Part shown: positions 11,423 to 24,712 of the stretch, piece after piece
Layout of the letters: every line of letters starts with the position of its first letter
Position numbering within the stretch: the first letter of the stretch is position 1
The notes under the pieces: generated by a model
What the model was told of the DNA's origin: nothing
Database searches by the model: none
The model's input: only the letters and a program-made list of their open reading frames with translations
DNA from: Pelomyxa schiedti
Taxonomy: Eukaryota; Protista; Evosea
Direction of reading: 5' to 3'
DNA: 64,000 nt
NCBI GenBank assembly: GCA_020536535.1
Contig: JAHLWZ010000866.1
Span: forward strand, 1-64,000
Program-made: the position numbers and the translations under genes

Positions 11423-14400
11423 TTAAACGCCGTTGAAGTGGAACTCGTATTTGCCGGCTTTGAAGAGGAGAATTCCGTTGTTGTTGAGAGTGTCTATGAG
11501 AGACTGGCAGTCTTCAGCAGCTATTCCATTCTGAGAAGCAAGGGCTCTTAGCTCCTGAGGGAAAAGTGAGAATTCAAAAACACAAAACCTAAGGGTGTGC
11601 ATGTGCTATGGTTGGGTGTGTTTTAAGTTTACCTTTGTGGTGAATGAGTTTGTATTTGTTCTCTGGCTCTCTCGTCTTAGTACTTGCCGCATTACACTGA
11701 TTTGCTTGGCCTTTCCTAGTCGCTTGCCTGTGTTGGCTAGCCGGAAGTCTACAAAGGTGGCATCTCCGCCTTGCGTGAATATTTGCTGTAGCGAGCCTTT
11801 CATGATGGAAATAGCATCCTGCCAAAAAGGAGAATGGAGTAAGACGGAATGTAATATATTAGACGAAGTGGTTAATTGTTATTCTTTTTGAAAGAGGACC
11901 TGCGCATCAGAAACAGATGCCTCTGGCTTCATTTCAACTTTAGCACGTGCTTCAGTGAGTCGTATCAGAGCCTCCAGGAGCCTGAAAGTATATCATTTTG
12001 GGAGTTCTCTGAATGACGGTACCTTGGAGTAACAGGCATCACTTCATCATTGCGGTGAGTAGTTCTCATCTCTTTGTAAAAAGCAGATAGAACTGCTCCT
12101 GCCTCTGGAGATAACCTATAAATAATTAATTTTTGTAAGATGCTTTATTATAATTGGAGCACCTTGGGTGAGAGTACTTCCGCACGTAGGCGATATACTT
12201 CCGCAACATATGTTGCAACAGAGGTTCAAAGTCATCTGGTTTGTGCAGCCTTGACTCCAATGGTAGATCAGAATAAGAAGAATCCCATTGTTGAGAGCCA
12301 GGTAATGAAAGTCCTTCATATTTTAGAAATTAAATTTATACTTTTTACTAGGGGAAGGAATACGTGGTCGTTTCTGGGATAGTCCACTGTGTAACTGGGA
12401 TATAGGGATAGTCAACAAAGTGGAAGTAAAGAAATGATGTTCCACATTACCTCCATCACGTGATCTGCCAAAAGTCTTTTGTGGAACGATCAGTTTTGTC
12501 TCGAAGTTAATAAAGAAAGATTACTTGTCTTTTACTTCATCAGGGTTATCCAAAAGAACAAAAATAAGATCGAACCGAGAAAGTAAGGCAGCAGACATAC
12601 TCAAGTTCTCAGATAGCTTCTTCCCTTTACTGCAAACATTTAGATATTGTGGAGAAAGAAGAACCACACTTGTATCTGCCCCCAATGGGGTTTGCAGCAG
12701 TAATGACTGTGGTCCTTGATGGCAAACTGCAAACAATTCCTGCTTTCGCAATACTTATTGATTGCTGCTCCATTGCTTCCAGTAAAGATTCTGGTTCGTT
12801 CTTGGGCATTTTATCAAACTCATCTATACAACAACAGCCTTGATCGGCCATAACAAGTGCACCTGCCTCCAGAGCATAATCCGGAGACCCTGGCTGTTTG
12901 TGTAAAGCAACAGTAAGACCTGCCGATGAAGCATAGGTGCCGCACACAAATACACCACGAGGAGAAACGAGGTTTACTGCATTCAGAAGTTGGCTTTTAC
13001 CAAGACCAGGATCACCTGAAGAATTGTAATTATTTTATGTTGTGTAAAAGAAGGAATACCTACAATCAATACATGGGGATCACCACGTATTGGCAGTTTG
13101 TTTCTATTCTTGGAGTATTTCTGACATCCCCCAAGTAGAGCAAGTAGGAGACCAGCTTTGGTGTTTAAGTGAAAGCACCCCACAAATAAGCCAGATCACA
13201 GAAATACCTTTGACCAAATCGTGTCCAAAAATACCAGGACACAGGCTGTTGACAAGCAAGTTGAATAGGTTTTGAGTTTCATGAATTGCAACAATGAGTT
13301 GCAGGTCCTGTTATTCGTTAGAAACAACAAGTAAGCAAAAACAACTTTCTGAGAGAATTCCATTTGCTCTTTATGATCATCGTGATTTTTATCCACGGAG
13401 TTAACTTCAATATATGCATCGAATATTGCTTTCTTTTTATCTGTGAACCTTGCAGCTGTGTCAAAACCCAACAAACAAGGACAAAATAAGTCAATTGTCT
13501 TTGGACAGAAAAGCTTTGACTTACATTTTTCGTCAACAGGTTCAACTGATCCCGCTTTCACGATTCCACAAACTACAACCTCATCACCTGGAACACAAGA
13601 ATCTACCAAGTCCTCCTTTAGTTCACAGTCAATACTGTAAATTTTGTTAACTTTCCTATTACTCTTAGGTTTGGGGTACATTCGTGGTATACGTCCACTA
13701 GATTTGTCATCCACTTGTTCCTGAACCCTATGTACAAAATTAAACACTAAGGAATATACTAGGGAAATACCTGATAACTTGCCAATCGATAAGGGATGCT
13801 CCAGAGTGCAAGGGTTTCCACGTTCGCGAATTGCAACCCGAACACTGGACTTTCGGCGTCTCATATCGTCCATCACGAAATTGAACATAAACTTGAGTAG
13901 AACATTTCACACACAAAAAGGGATGCTCTTTGACCTACAAAAATAAGACTCAGTTAACGGTAGGAAGTTCATACCATGGGCCGTATATTGCCAGTTCGTA
14001 CAACAGTTCCTTTCACACAAACAAATTTGCCTGTGTAAGATTTACCAGGATCGATGTGGGAAAGGGCACTCACCTAGAAAGTTGGCTTTCAACTTTCTCA
14101 GAGGAGTGATTTTGCTGTATTTGAATAACCGCACAGTGAATTTCCTTTGCGGTGGTGGGGGTGCTAGTTCATCATCCATTTGGGAGCCTGAGGGCTGATT
14201 CTGATTCCCATACACAATCTTTGGAAACAAGTCATTCCCGGGGCGCTCCCTTGGCACAAAGAACCTGGTGTAAAGAACAAGCGAGACACGCGAGTGCCGT
14301 CTCAGGGTCTTCATACACGAGGCGAGGGAAGCTCGGATCAGAGATATGTTCTATCAACTCTTCATACATAAACGGTACAACATTGTTATCTCCAATAAGC

Positions 14401-14985
14401 TACATACCGCATGAGTTATGCACATTATCCAAAAAGAAACAAAGCAAAGAGCAAAGTGAACAGAAAAGAAAAGAAAAAAACAAAACAAAAAAAAGTCCAG
14501 GGAGAATCACATACCTGAGTAGACACATAAGGCTTAATTTGCTCGGCCAAAAAAAGCACGAACCTCGCCTTGTCGTCGTCCTTGGCGCTCTCCTCCTGGA
14601 AATACACGTCCCAGCCCTCTACAACCGCCGCCGTCGACGACGCCGCCGCGGAGCTCCCCGCAGCCCCGGCACCTGCACCTGCGCCTGGCCCCTGCCCCCC
14701 ACGCCCACGCCCCCGCCCGCGGCCGCCGCCTCCCTGCGCGGCCGGCTGCTGCTGCTGCTGCTGCTGCCCTGTCCCCCTGCCCCCTCGACCCCTGCCCCTC
14801 CCCGCGCCCGGCCCTTCTCCCCCTTCTCCTTCCCCTGCGCCTCTCCCTCTCCCTCTTCCCGCTCGTCCTCGGCCCCTGGATCCCCGCCCGGCTCCCCTGG
14901 GCTGCTGCTGGGGCTCGTTGCGGGTGGGCAGGTGTGCCGACGACGGCAGGGGCACGCCGTCATCATCGTCATCGGGGTCTCCCAT
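11423..14985 (-). CDS. MCM8: DNA helicase MCM8
   Basis: N-terminal RG-rich tail; KLKANFLG; [22 protein letters not shown]; [11 protein letters not shown]|[10 protein letters not shown]; [22 protein letters not shown]; AALLSRFDL; C-terminal [12 protein letters not shown]. Confidence 0.92.
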
Positions 14986-15223
14986 GAGCAGAAACCACTT
15001 TTTTGCTGCAGGATCAAACAGCTGGACTACGCATCCCACCAGAGGAATACAGGCACCAATGGTTGTCTACATCCCTCCCGAATCGCAACAGGGAGGTTGG
15101 CATTCGAAAAGGAAAAGCCCAGCTGCGCTACGGGCCATTTCTGATGAAAAAAGGGTATGGGTTGTTACAAGTTGGTGTTTGTTCAATTTGGTTGGGTGTC
15201 ATTAATCATGGGGGAGCAATTAG

Positions 15224-18200
15224 CTAGCTGCTGCCGTAGATGTCAATGTCACTTCGTTCAGTGTCACCACAGGGCTCGGTTATGTTGCCCACGGCTTGGA
15301 GTTTGGAGACTAGCTCTGGGATGGTGTGAGCTGTTATGTTGCTGCTTCCTGTAAGGGGTACACTGTAGCGGTCTGTGGCCCGGGGGTCGTAGGTTATTCT
15401 GTTTACTCTGTGGTGTGGTGTGTTTGGTTTGTTAGTTCTTGTGTAGCTGTAGTTTGTTGGTGGAATTTGGGGTGTAGATAGAGATAACCGCAGCTAAGGG
15501 TGGTTCTATGTGTGTGAAAAAAAGGGAATGCAAACCTTTTGTGGACGGGTGCTGTACCCTTCACTTTAGACACTGTAAAGGGGGTATTTTTGGAGTCATT
15601 GAAACTCACACGAACGAGGAAGGTCCCTTCTTTCCGCGAGACAAGCTTTACCTCGGACTGCATTCTTTCAATGTCCCCGGCAAACCAAACCTGGCGTTTG
15701 AGTTCAACAATCTGTGGGAAGGGGAAAACCCCAAGTTAGTAAGTCCATTTAATAAGAGAGAAGACACACTTCATCAAAAATAGGTCGCCCCGCGGGGACA
15801 AAGAACAAACCAAACCAGTTGCCCAGTTGATTGAATCGTTCCATTGTCACTACTTTTAGATTCTTATCAACATGTTCCTTCGAGGTTGTCCCTTAAACAA
15901 AGTTAAAGGGTTATTCTGCTTCTGAAATAGAAACCTATGAATTGAGTGAACAGGGATATATGCTCTCCAGAGACAGTGCCAAAGGGGGCTGTCACAAAAG
16001 GTACGAAGTCTTCTACAGGAACAACTTCTTGTAATTGCTTCATGAGTTAGTTTTCTTTCATTTGAGTGTGAGGCTACCCCACGATTATAGAAGTGATCTC
16101 GCCAGAATTGACGAGCCTGGGGCTCTTCAATCTGACACTCGATTATGGAGAAATTCAAGTCTCTCAGCACCTCCGGGAAAAGTGGTCGGTTATTGGCAAG
16201 TTTATCCCAACATCGTTTAATAAGTGCCACAAGTGTTGGTGGTAGGGTGCGTTCTATCTCGGGAGCGATAATAGGTCGTTCGTGCTCAATACAAACAGCC
16301 TTTAGTTTTCTTCTGGTGAGGGAAAAGTGGTACGATCATGGCGTGAACCTGAAAGAAGCTATCAATATCATTGTAAGTTGCAAAGGGTTCTTCCCCAGTG
16401 AACAACTCGTAAAGAATCAAACCAAACGAGTATCTGAGCAGATCTTATTATATCAACTTCTTGAAAATCTACTTACACATCAGCCTTTTCATTGAATTCT
16501 TCCAGGCGCATAACCTCGGGAGCCATATAAAGTGCTGAACTTATAAGACCTAATTTATTTGAAAGGGTGTTGTGCCTGTTCCTTTTGGGCCTTTCATGTC
16601 TCTCAAATTGCGGTTGGTTTTGAGCGTTTCACTGTTCACTTTATTTAAAGGTGGAAGGGAATAAAAGTGGGTACCTGAATCCAAAATCTGTAACCTGGGG
16701 AAAAAAATAAGACGCAAGCCTTACAATGAGATAGGTGTCAAACCTTGACGTGATTATGCTCGTCCAGAAGCAGATTTGCTGGCTAAAAGCAATGAAACAC
16801 CAGGTGAAACAAGTGATAAATACCTTTAAATCTTAAGGAGAGTTAGTGGCATAGAACTCTGGAATGAATAAAAACCTCTGTGGATAATCTTACAAATTCC
16901 ATGAAGCCAGTTCATTCCATAACCCTGTGGCCTGTGTTAGTGTTGTATGAAACTTTTCATTTTGTGCTCACAGCATCACGAGCCATGATGAGCTTCTGAT
17001 AAATAGAGAATCTGGAGTATAATTCAGGTGTGTGAATCAGGTTATCCAAATCACGTTGCATGAGCTCAGTGACAATAATCAAATTTCCTGGATTTGTGCA
17101 AGCCCCAAGACATAATACAACTGGGGAAATAGTTAAATCAACTGGAAATAAAAAATTGGCAGAAAGTAACCATTGGGATGGAAAATTTTCCTGAAAATAA
17201 CTATTAAAAAAATTGCTAGCGAAATTGAGGAAACCTCATTATCATAACCTCATGTCGGAACATCTGCAATTCCGGAGGTGTAAGGTGCTGTTTTAGTGGG
17301 ATCTTGACTGCCACAGTGGTTCCACGGCATGATGCTATTTGAAGAGGTGAGGGTGACTGCCCCTTTCTCACAAATACATACCACGGTATACACTACCAAA
17401 GGCTCCACCCCCAAGGTAATCTCTATCCTTGTCAAAGTGAATCTCTGTGGGTGGTATCTCAGGTGGACCCACATTTTGGAGCTTAAGGAAACGAGGTGTT
17501 AGATAAATACGAACAGAGAGTTATGCAACCCTTGTAGCCCCTTGTTGAGCTAGTGTTGTGGCGCCAGCACCATACATTCCTGGATCGATTTCGTCTTGAT
17601 CCTGCACTTGTGTAGCAGGAGTAGTTGGGGTTGAAGTGGAAGTTGTGCTCGTTGAGGATGAAGTAGAGGTGGCTGAGCCACTCTAAGGTACTTCTGTTTA
17701 AGAAATACATAGATTAAAAAAAAAAAAAAGGGCACCTCTCCTCTAATGGGGCCAGGTGAAGCAGAATTTTTCACAATATCTGGCCGCTTCTCAGCAAAAG
17801 TCTGTACACAAATCAGATGGTTTTAAGGTGTGGAGGCAATGTACAGTGACAATATTAACAATTCGAGCTATCTCAGCCACAGCTTTCTCGAGGCTTTTTT
17901 CTGCATCCTCCAGGAAATGTCAAAATGGGATTGTAAAACATAACAAAGTAAAGCAACCTTAATTTTGGATTTTTGGGTTTCGTGGGCCTTAATGAAGGCC
18001 GTGAGTTCACTTTCATTTACGCACAACACATGCATAGCAGATCTCAAGTCGTAAAGCCCCGCATTGTGGTCCAGCTTTTTCCTGCCTCGCCGTAAAAAAA
18101 AAAAACGAGTACAAAGCACAGCAGGAAAAAAAAAACCGTAACAGCAAACAACTCAGGGTCTCCCAGACCACCCACACTTAACATTGAGATCTACGCACGC

Positions 18201-18248
18201 GACGATCTCATCCACAGACTTGCACAGCAGGTGCGTATCAGCCGACAT
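15224..18248 (-). CDS. Shk-type tyrosine-kinase-like protein kinase with C-terminal SH2 domain
   Basis: GPPEIPPTEIHF...LGGGAFGSVYR..VAVK; HR|DLK|PANLL; VTDFGFS; post-kinase IEEPQARQFWRDHF; SH2 WFAGDIERMQSEVKL...GTFLVR. Same architecture as the Dictyostelium Shk kinases. Confidence 0.9.
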
Positions 18249-18445
18249 TCACTTTATGTTTTTCGTTTTCAACAAACCCAACAGTGAAAAGCACTTTCAA
18301 AGAATTTCTTTTGAGAAATCGGGAGATTGCCCGGATGCATCCCACAGGGCCAAAAGAAGGCAAAAACCAACAAAGCACCAAATCCCAACAAGCCCAGCCA
18401 CTTGTGTTATGGATTACATGTAGGTTGTAAGTGACAAGTGGAACT

Positions 18446-21400
18446 TCAATTGTTGATGGCAAGTAGAATGGCAACAGGGGTACACGGTGCGTTGAGGGAG
18501 AAAGAATCAATGGACTCAGAAGGAATTCCACTGCGGTCCCTTCTGGCTGCTATTACCGCATGGCGTACTGCAAAGCTGGCAGAGGCAGCCATTCCGAGCG
18601 GTGGTTCGCTGTGTGAATGTATGTTAGTTCCGGTGTGGCGTGCACTGTGTGATTCACTCACCCAATGCCCCTGGAGCTAAACACAGCTGGTGATGGATCG
18701 GGATTGGATAAAAGTGCCACACGGAAATCCATTGGTATATCGTAGACAGAAGGGATCTTATAAGTCTGAGCATTGCGGGTGACCATGTTCCCTTTGGAGT
18801 CTCTTACGATTTCCTCCATAAGGAATTCTCCAAGTCCTTGGACAAAGCAGCCTTCAACCTTTCAGATAACATAACTGAGTCTAGTGTAGTTGCATTGGCA
18901 TGGAAGGTACCTGCCCAATGTCTATTCCTGGATTTAAGGACTTGCCAGCGTCATACAGTAGGTCAGCGCGTAGGACCTACACAGAGTCAGGGAATTTTGT
19001 GCAACAGGGGAAGGAAACCTGAGTTCTTCCAGTTAAAACCTCAATTTCTACCTGAAGAGATTAATGTCGGATGACTGCAGGAAAAGTAACTTACCTCCGT
19101 AACAGCGGCACCAAAGCAGAAATAGTTGAATCCTTTTCCAGTATGCGTTTCAAAATCGTAGCCCACATTTGGAGTGGCATAATGACCGGCACAGGAAAGG
19201 GAAACTCTATTCTTGTATGCTGCATCACAGACTGCAGCAAATGGTTTCCCTCTGAGTTGTTCCTTGAAGGGTTGAAGGCGTACATTGAGCTCTTCACACG
19301 CTTTAAGTACTGCTCCACCTGTTTTTTTTTAGAGGCAAATTTATATTGTCCAATAGGGACAGAAGGACAAACCAACAAGGTCTGTGCCTGCCGAAGCTGC
19401 TGTTGGGATAATGTTTGGAGTACGAGAAGTATCTGTTTCAGTTACTGTTATACTCGCGACAGGGATGCCAAGAACATAAGATGCAATCTGTGCAACTTTC
19501 GTGTTGAGTCCCTTGTTGTGAAAACGTCAGTGGGAGAAGATCCGACTTGAAGTGCTACCTGTCCCATCTCAATTCCGCTGTGAGAAATAATACAAGTACC
19601 GTCGACATATAGATTTACAAGGGCATTTGCTTGATTGAGGAATTGCACTTCAAAAGAAAGACCGTGCTTCATTGGAGTAATGGAAATGCCCCGTTTGATA
19701 AACTTGTTGTTTGCATTGAAAAGTGCAATTTCATGTTCCCGGGCTTCATAATTAGACTCCCTGAAGTGTCATCATTATCATTGGTTACTTTCCATTGGAC
19801 CGTTACATGCCTCTTTAACTGTGCCCAGATTCTTCTTATAGTATTGTACTCCACTAGCTGGTTGTACGGTGTTGTTTGGCCTGCTTCATACAAATTCAGT
19901 TCTCGGACACGCTCCACCGTGAACCCAACGGTTCTTGCTATGTGCTCCATTAAAATTTCTGCACAATAGATAGCTTGGGGAACTCCAAATCCTCTCATGG
20001 CGGAGTTGGACGTTGTGTTTGTGCGACAGGCTCTGCCAACCACACGGAAATTAGGAATCCAATAGCAGCTGTCCATGTGAAGCAGAGCCCTTGTCAGCAC
20101 AGTAGTACTGTACGGTATTCTATGCCCGCCGTCACTGTGGACTTTCCAATCAACAAACAGTATTTTTCCATCTGGGGTGCAGCCAGCTCTGTATTTTGCC
20201 TGGAATGGATGCCTGCCTCCAGTTACTTGCATGTCCGTATCCCTGTTTTTCTCTTTCAGTAAGCTAGGAAAATATAAAGATAAGAAAACCTGTCAAGCTG
20301 TAAAATGACGGGAGTATTCGCTGCCTGCGCAGCCACAGCAACGCAGCATGGCAGAAAATATGTGCACTCTTTACCACCAAAACTGCCCCCAAGTCGTTTG
20401 ACAGTCACAGTCACTTGACTTTCCTTCAACCCCAGTACTTTGGCTACACTAACCTGGTGATTGTTGAGACAAGGGCTCCCAGTAAAGAAAAAGCAATACC
20501 TGAGTTTTGTCTGGGTGTTGTGTTGTTGCCTTGACCAAGATGGAACCGCCCTCTTGAGGGAATGCTGATGCAACATGAGGTTCCAGGTAAAAGTGTTCTT
20601 GTCCGCCTGCGGTTGCCAATTAGTGTCCCACTTTTCCTTCTGAAAAAAGTACCCAAGAAAACGCTCCCCTCCAAAATAATTGGTGCTTCCACATTCACGG
20701 AACCGCGTTCCAGTACATACTCTTTACATAGATATGAATTGGCTTTTATTGCATCATTGATTGTCAAAATAGGTTCCAGTTCTTCATACTGAAGGATGTT
20801 AAAACACAGGAAAAGTCACATTCACACGCACTTCTATCTTCACCATAGGTGCTGCCATCTTTGCTTGTTCAGGGGTTTTAGCCAGCACCAACCCGATAAT
20901 GTGGCCCACACAATGAACTTCCTTATCTGCAAATACTTCCATATCGTAGTAGAAAACGTTACTTCCAACAATATCTGGAAGTTTATGGGGCCGAAGAAAT
21001 AAAACATCAGTACTTTAAAAAAAAAAACAAACAAAGAAAAAAAAAACCTTTTGCTGACACAAATTTGACGACACCCGGCATGCTAAGGGCTGGAGCTGCA
21101 TCTATTGACAGCATTCTCGCTCTTGCTTTGGTGCTCATTACAAGGGCTGCATACAGGACATTGTTTGGCAAATACATATCAGCCAGATAGACCGCCTCCC
21201 CAGTTGTGTGAAACTAAAGAAAGTTTTTTGGTTTCTTGGGAAAATGGAAGATGAATTACACTTGCAGAGAGGTGCGGCAAATCGGTTCCCAAAACACCAG
21301 TATCAGTAGTTCTGTCAAATACTTGCGAGAATGTCATTGTTGACGGTGTTTTTATCTCCACGGCAAGGTTTGTTGTTGTCTCAAGGTAGAATTTTCTGAA

Positions 21401-23250
21401 GAGATTGAGAACAAGTTGGTGCTTGTAAACTTGGAAGCAAGTCAATGCTGTTTCAGTGCTAACAGGAGGGAGTGGTGATGGGGCAGGGAATATTGCTTTT
21501 GCCCAGAGTTCAAGGGAATTCAGTACATTGGGTACAACGCTGTCATTCCAACAGCTTCCGACTAAGCTGGATTTGATGGAGTCCACCTTGTTGAGTTAAA
21601 GATGTGTTGTATAGAATCTGAGAATATAGAAAACCTCGAGAAGTCTATGTTCTGGACAACCAAAGAAAAATGAACAGTGCTTTACAATATTTTCGGGGGA
21701 CAGATCAATGACAAAAGATGCCCCAATCATCGATTTATCATTATACATCGTGCGTGACATTCGATATGACCTGCAAAGGAAATTAGAGGAAAGCTTCTCA
21801 AGAGAAATATACCCAACAAGCCTCTTCAAAGTAGAGGGTGACCCCAGTGGAATTCGTACTGTAACAAGAAAGGCACCTTTGTGCTCCTTCAAAGTTGCCA
21901 CAACGTCTTGGATGCGTACTTGCAATTCTTGTAGTGGCTTGGGTACAATTACAAGTGCTGTGGCTTCCAGTGAAGATAGAAGAGGGAGGATATCCGAATA
22001 TGCGTCATTGCACACAATTCCGCCAAGTGTAATGGTATTTCTTGCGGCGTAATTTGCTATATGTGTACAGCATTTGTGAAGCTGACTGAGGGGAGTATTC
22101 TAGAGTAGATTATGAAGGGATAATTTCTAAAGGCACACACAGGTTTTTCAGACGCTGTGGTATCAAGTGAACTGACAAGGTCTGCCAGTGCTACCGAGGC
22201 ACCAACAACTAAATTCCCTTCTTGGGCAATAACGGACTTCATTTCTGCAACTCTTCCCACTTGCACAAACACGACATTTGAGTCTCCGTTGCAGAGTGCA
22301 GGTAAAATTCCATTGTGCGTGAAGTTTGCGCCTCCTCCAACAATATGGGATAGAGGATATGTTGCCCTTAACTCCGTAATTTGTGCAAGGTTCAGGGGTG
22401 AAAACCATTGCTTCCTGCCACTGGCACTACAGATAGCCAAGAGAGGGCACAGGCTTTTGTTTTTAGGATTTAATCGTGCAGTAAGCTCTGGCGGAATAGT
22501 AGGCGGTACAATGATAACAGGATTTGCAGTAAATGAAGTAGCCACATCGACAACAGGTCTGTATCCTGAAGGTAAAGTTGTAAGTCTGAAAAGTAGGGGA
22601 ACTAAGTCTCACAAACCAGTGCACCTGCACAAGTTGCCCTGAAGAGCTTCCTCGATATCTGGTACACTGGGAGTCGCGTTCCGTACAAGCAGTCCGTAAA
22701 TTGACATCACCATCCCTGCACTGCAAAAGCCACACTGTGTGCCATGGTTCCTGGCAAGGCGTTCCTGAATTGGATGCAAGCCGCCACGTGTCCCACCAAG
22801 CCCCTCAGAAGTTGTCACCATCATTCCGTCAACTGAAAGTCGTATTAGAAAGGAGAACAAGAAGAAAGGCAATACCTGCCGCCAACGGAATGAGGCACGA
22901 CTTAACGGCACGATGCACAGGTTTCCCATCAGATTCGCAATACGACAGAATGACCGTGCACGTACCACAACTAGTTTAAGGAATCGGGCATTAATAAGAA
23001 TATACAAAACAAGATCTCTCATCGTATATACACGTAGATCTAAGAGTACATAACAGAACGGAATAAAACAACCAACGCTCTATACGTACTTTCCTTGTCC
23101 GCAGCCCTCCTTTACGCTCCTCGTCGCCCGCTTTTGTGGCAGATCTCGGCGCAGAAAATTCGACAGTGTCCAAGACAGATCCAACTCGGCAGCATCCACC
23201 TCGACCAACCGGCCATTAACGCCAAACAAAAGTCTGTTTGTGACCTCCAT
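18446..23250 (-). CDS. XDH: Xanthine dehydrogenase/oxidase family molybdo-flavoenzyme
   Basis: 2Fe-2S motifs KEGCGQGN|[21 protein letters not shown]; FAD domain; Moco motifs [39 protein letters not shown]|EPP. Confidence 0.93.
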
Positions 23251-23409
23251 TGCTTTGTCCTTTCAAACGTTGCCGAGTTTTTTTCGTTTGTTTGGTTTTT
23301 ACTTTGTGGATCTTTTGTATTCGTATTCCGAGATTATTACTAACCAAGGTCCATTCACGTAACAAAAAAACCGGTTTTTTGTTCGCGGTGCGTGTTTGGC
23401 CAACACGCA

Positions 23410-24614
23410 TTAAACAAGGGAGGCCGGCGCCTCTGGGGTTTGTGGAATTATGGGTATAGGTAAGAACCATTGCCAGCGGCTGTCACCAAAGTGCTCACAG
23501 ATATTGCTCCTTACTCCTTTATCATATGGCCTGTCACTCTTCTGTGGTAGAGGTAAGTGATTTGGAGGTGTGTGTTAGTTGGTTGTTTTTACCTGTCCAT
23601 AAGGAGTTCTGAAGGACCGGTTTGTCAGGGCCATGAGCTCTTTGCTTGTTAGATTAAACAAGATCATGAAGAAGTGGTGCAAAAAGAGGCAGAAGAGAGT
23701 TAAGCTCTGTGAGGCACCAGAAACAATTGCCAGGTAAAGCAGAATAAGCCACAGGTTTGTCAATGTGGCAAACCCCTTGTTCCCGAAATTTTATGTTGGT
23801 TTTGGATGTTGAGTGGACATGCGCATTAAGTTGTTGTATTTGACGAGTGGGTGAAATACAACTGCTTACTGTGAAATGGAGAATCAATCTAGTAATCAAT
23901 GAAAGGCAAGATATCACCCCTGCCATCGCACTGTACATCACAAAAAGAATGAACAGTTTCCGATTATTTTTCCCTATGCACTGCGGTACCCAAGGGCCTA
24001 GAAGTTAGAAACAGAGTAAATTAAACGTGTGAGTTTGGAGAAGGAAGTACAGTGGTGATCCATTCCAAGAATACACCTTTATTAAACTATTGATGAATGT
24101 TGAGGAGAGAGAAAATAAAGAAGAAGTTGATACTTGTTGCAAACGTGACAATGTCTGGAACGTGGAGGCTTGGCCTGGTTGCATTCCTCACAAAAATCTT
24201 CTTTATTCTTACGAATCCAATTAATTAACACGAAACAAATAGTAAATTGCACAGTGCACTAACCTGCACCTCAGGGGTGTAGCTTGGATCCACGAAACCA
24301 GGTGGCGTTTGACAAAGAATCCAGTAAACCCAGCCAGCCACACAATAAAGTCCAAGGTTGACGACAATTAGAATCAGTGTAGGTGTGCTAAATCGAGCAA
24401 GTGGCGCTCCTGCATAAAACGTAACCCTATATATTGGCATTTTATGAGGACATATACACTATGGTTTTTTTTAATTGTTTTAAATTTTTTTTTTGAATGG
24501 CGTTACAAACAGAGAAAAACAAAACAGGATGATCCCGTAGACAAAACAAACAGCCATGGTCTTTTGGTTGCTCAAATGACGCGCCACTTTGAGCGTAACA
24601 ATAGAGCCCTGCAT
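23410..24614 (-). CDS. DHHC-type protein S-palmitoyltransferase
   Basis: CEECNQAKPPRSRHCHVCN...CILGMDHH|CPWVPQCIGKNN; flanking TM segments; C-terminal PYDKGVRSNICEHFG. Confidence 0.9.
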
Positions 24615-24712
24615 TTCGTATGAATTTTTTCAACAGATTCTTGTAAAAAAAAAAAAAGAATCATTCCTCTTTGTGGTGTTGATGATGGGGCAACTACTAG
24701 TTTTTACAGTCA

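Noticed and set aside
14152-15205. Long overlapping or antisense ORFs in GC-rich regions (also 1878-2649, 56858-57920, 60185-60895)
   Set aside because: Shadow frames of GC-rich or low-complexity exons that lack stops for compositional reasons.
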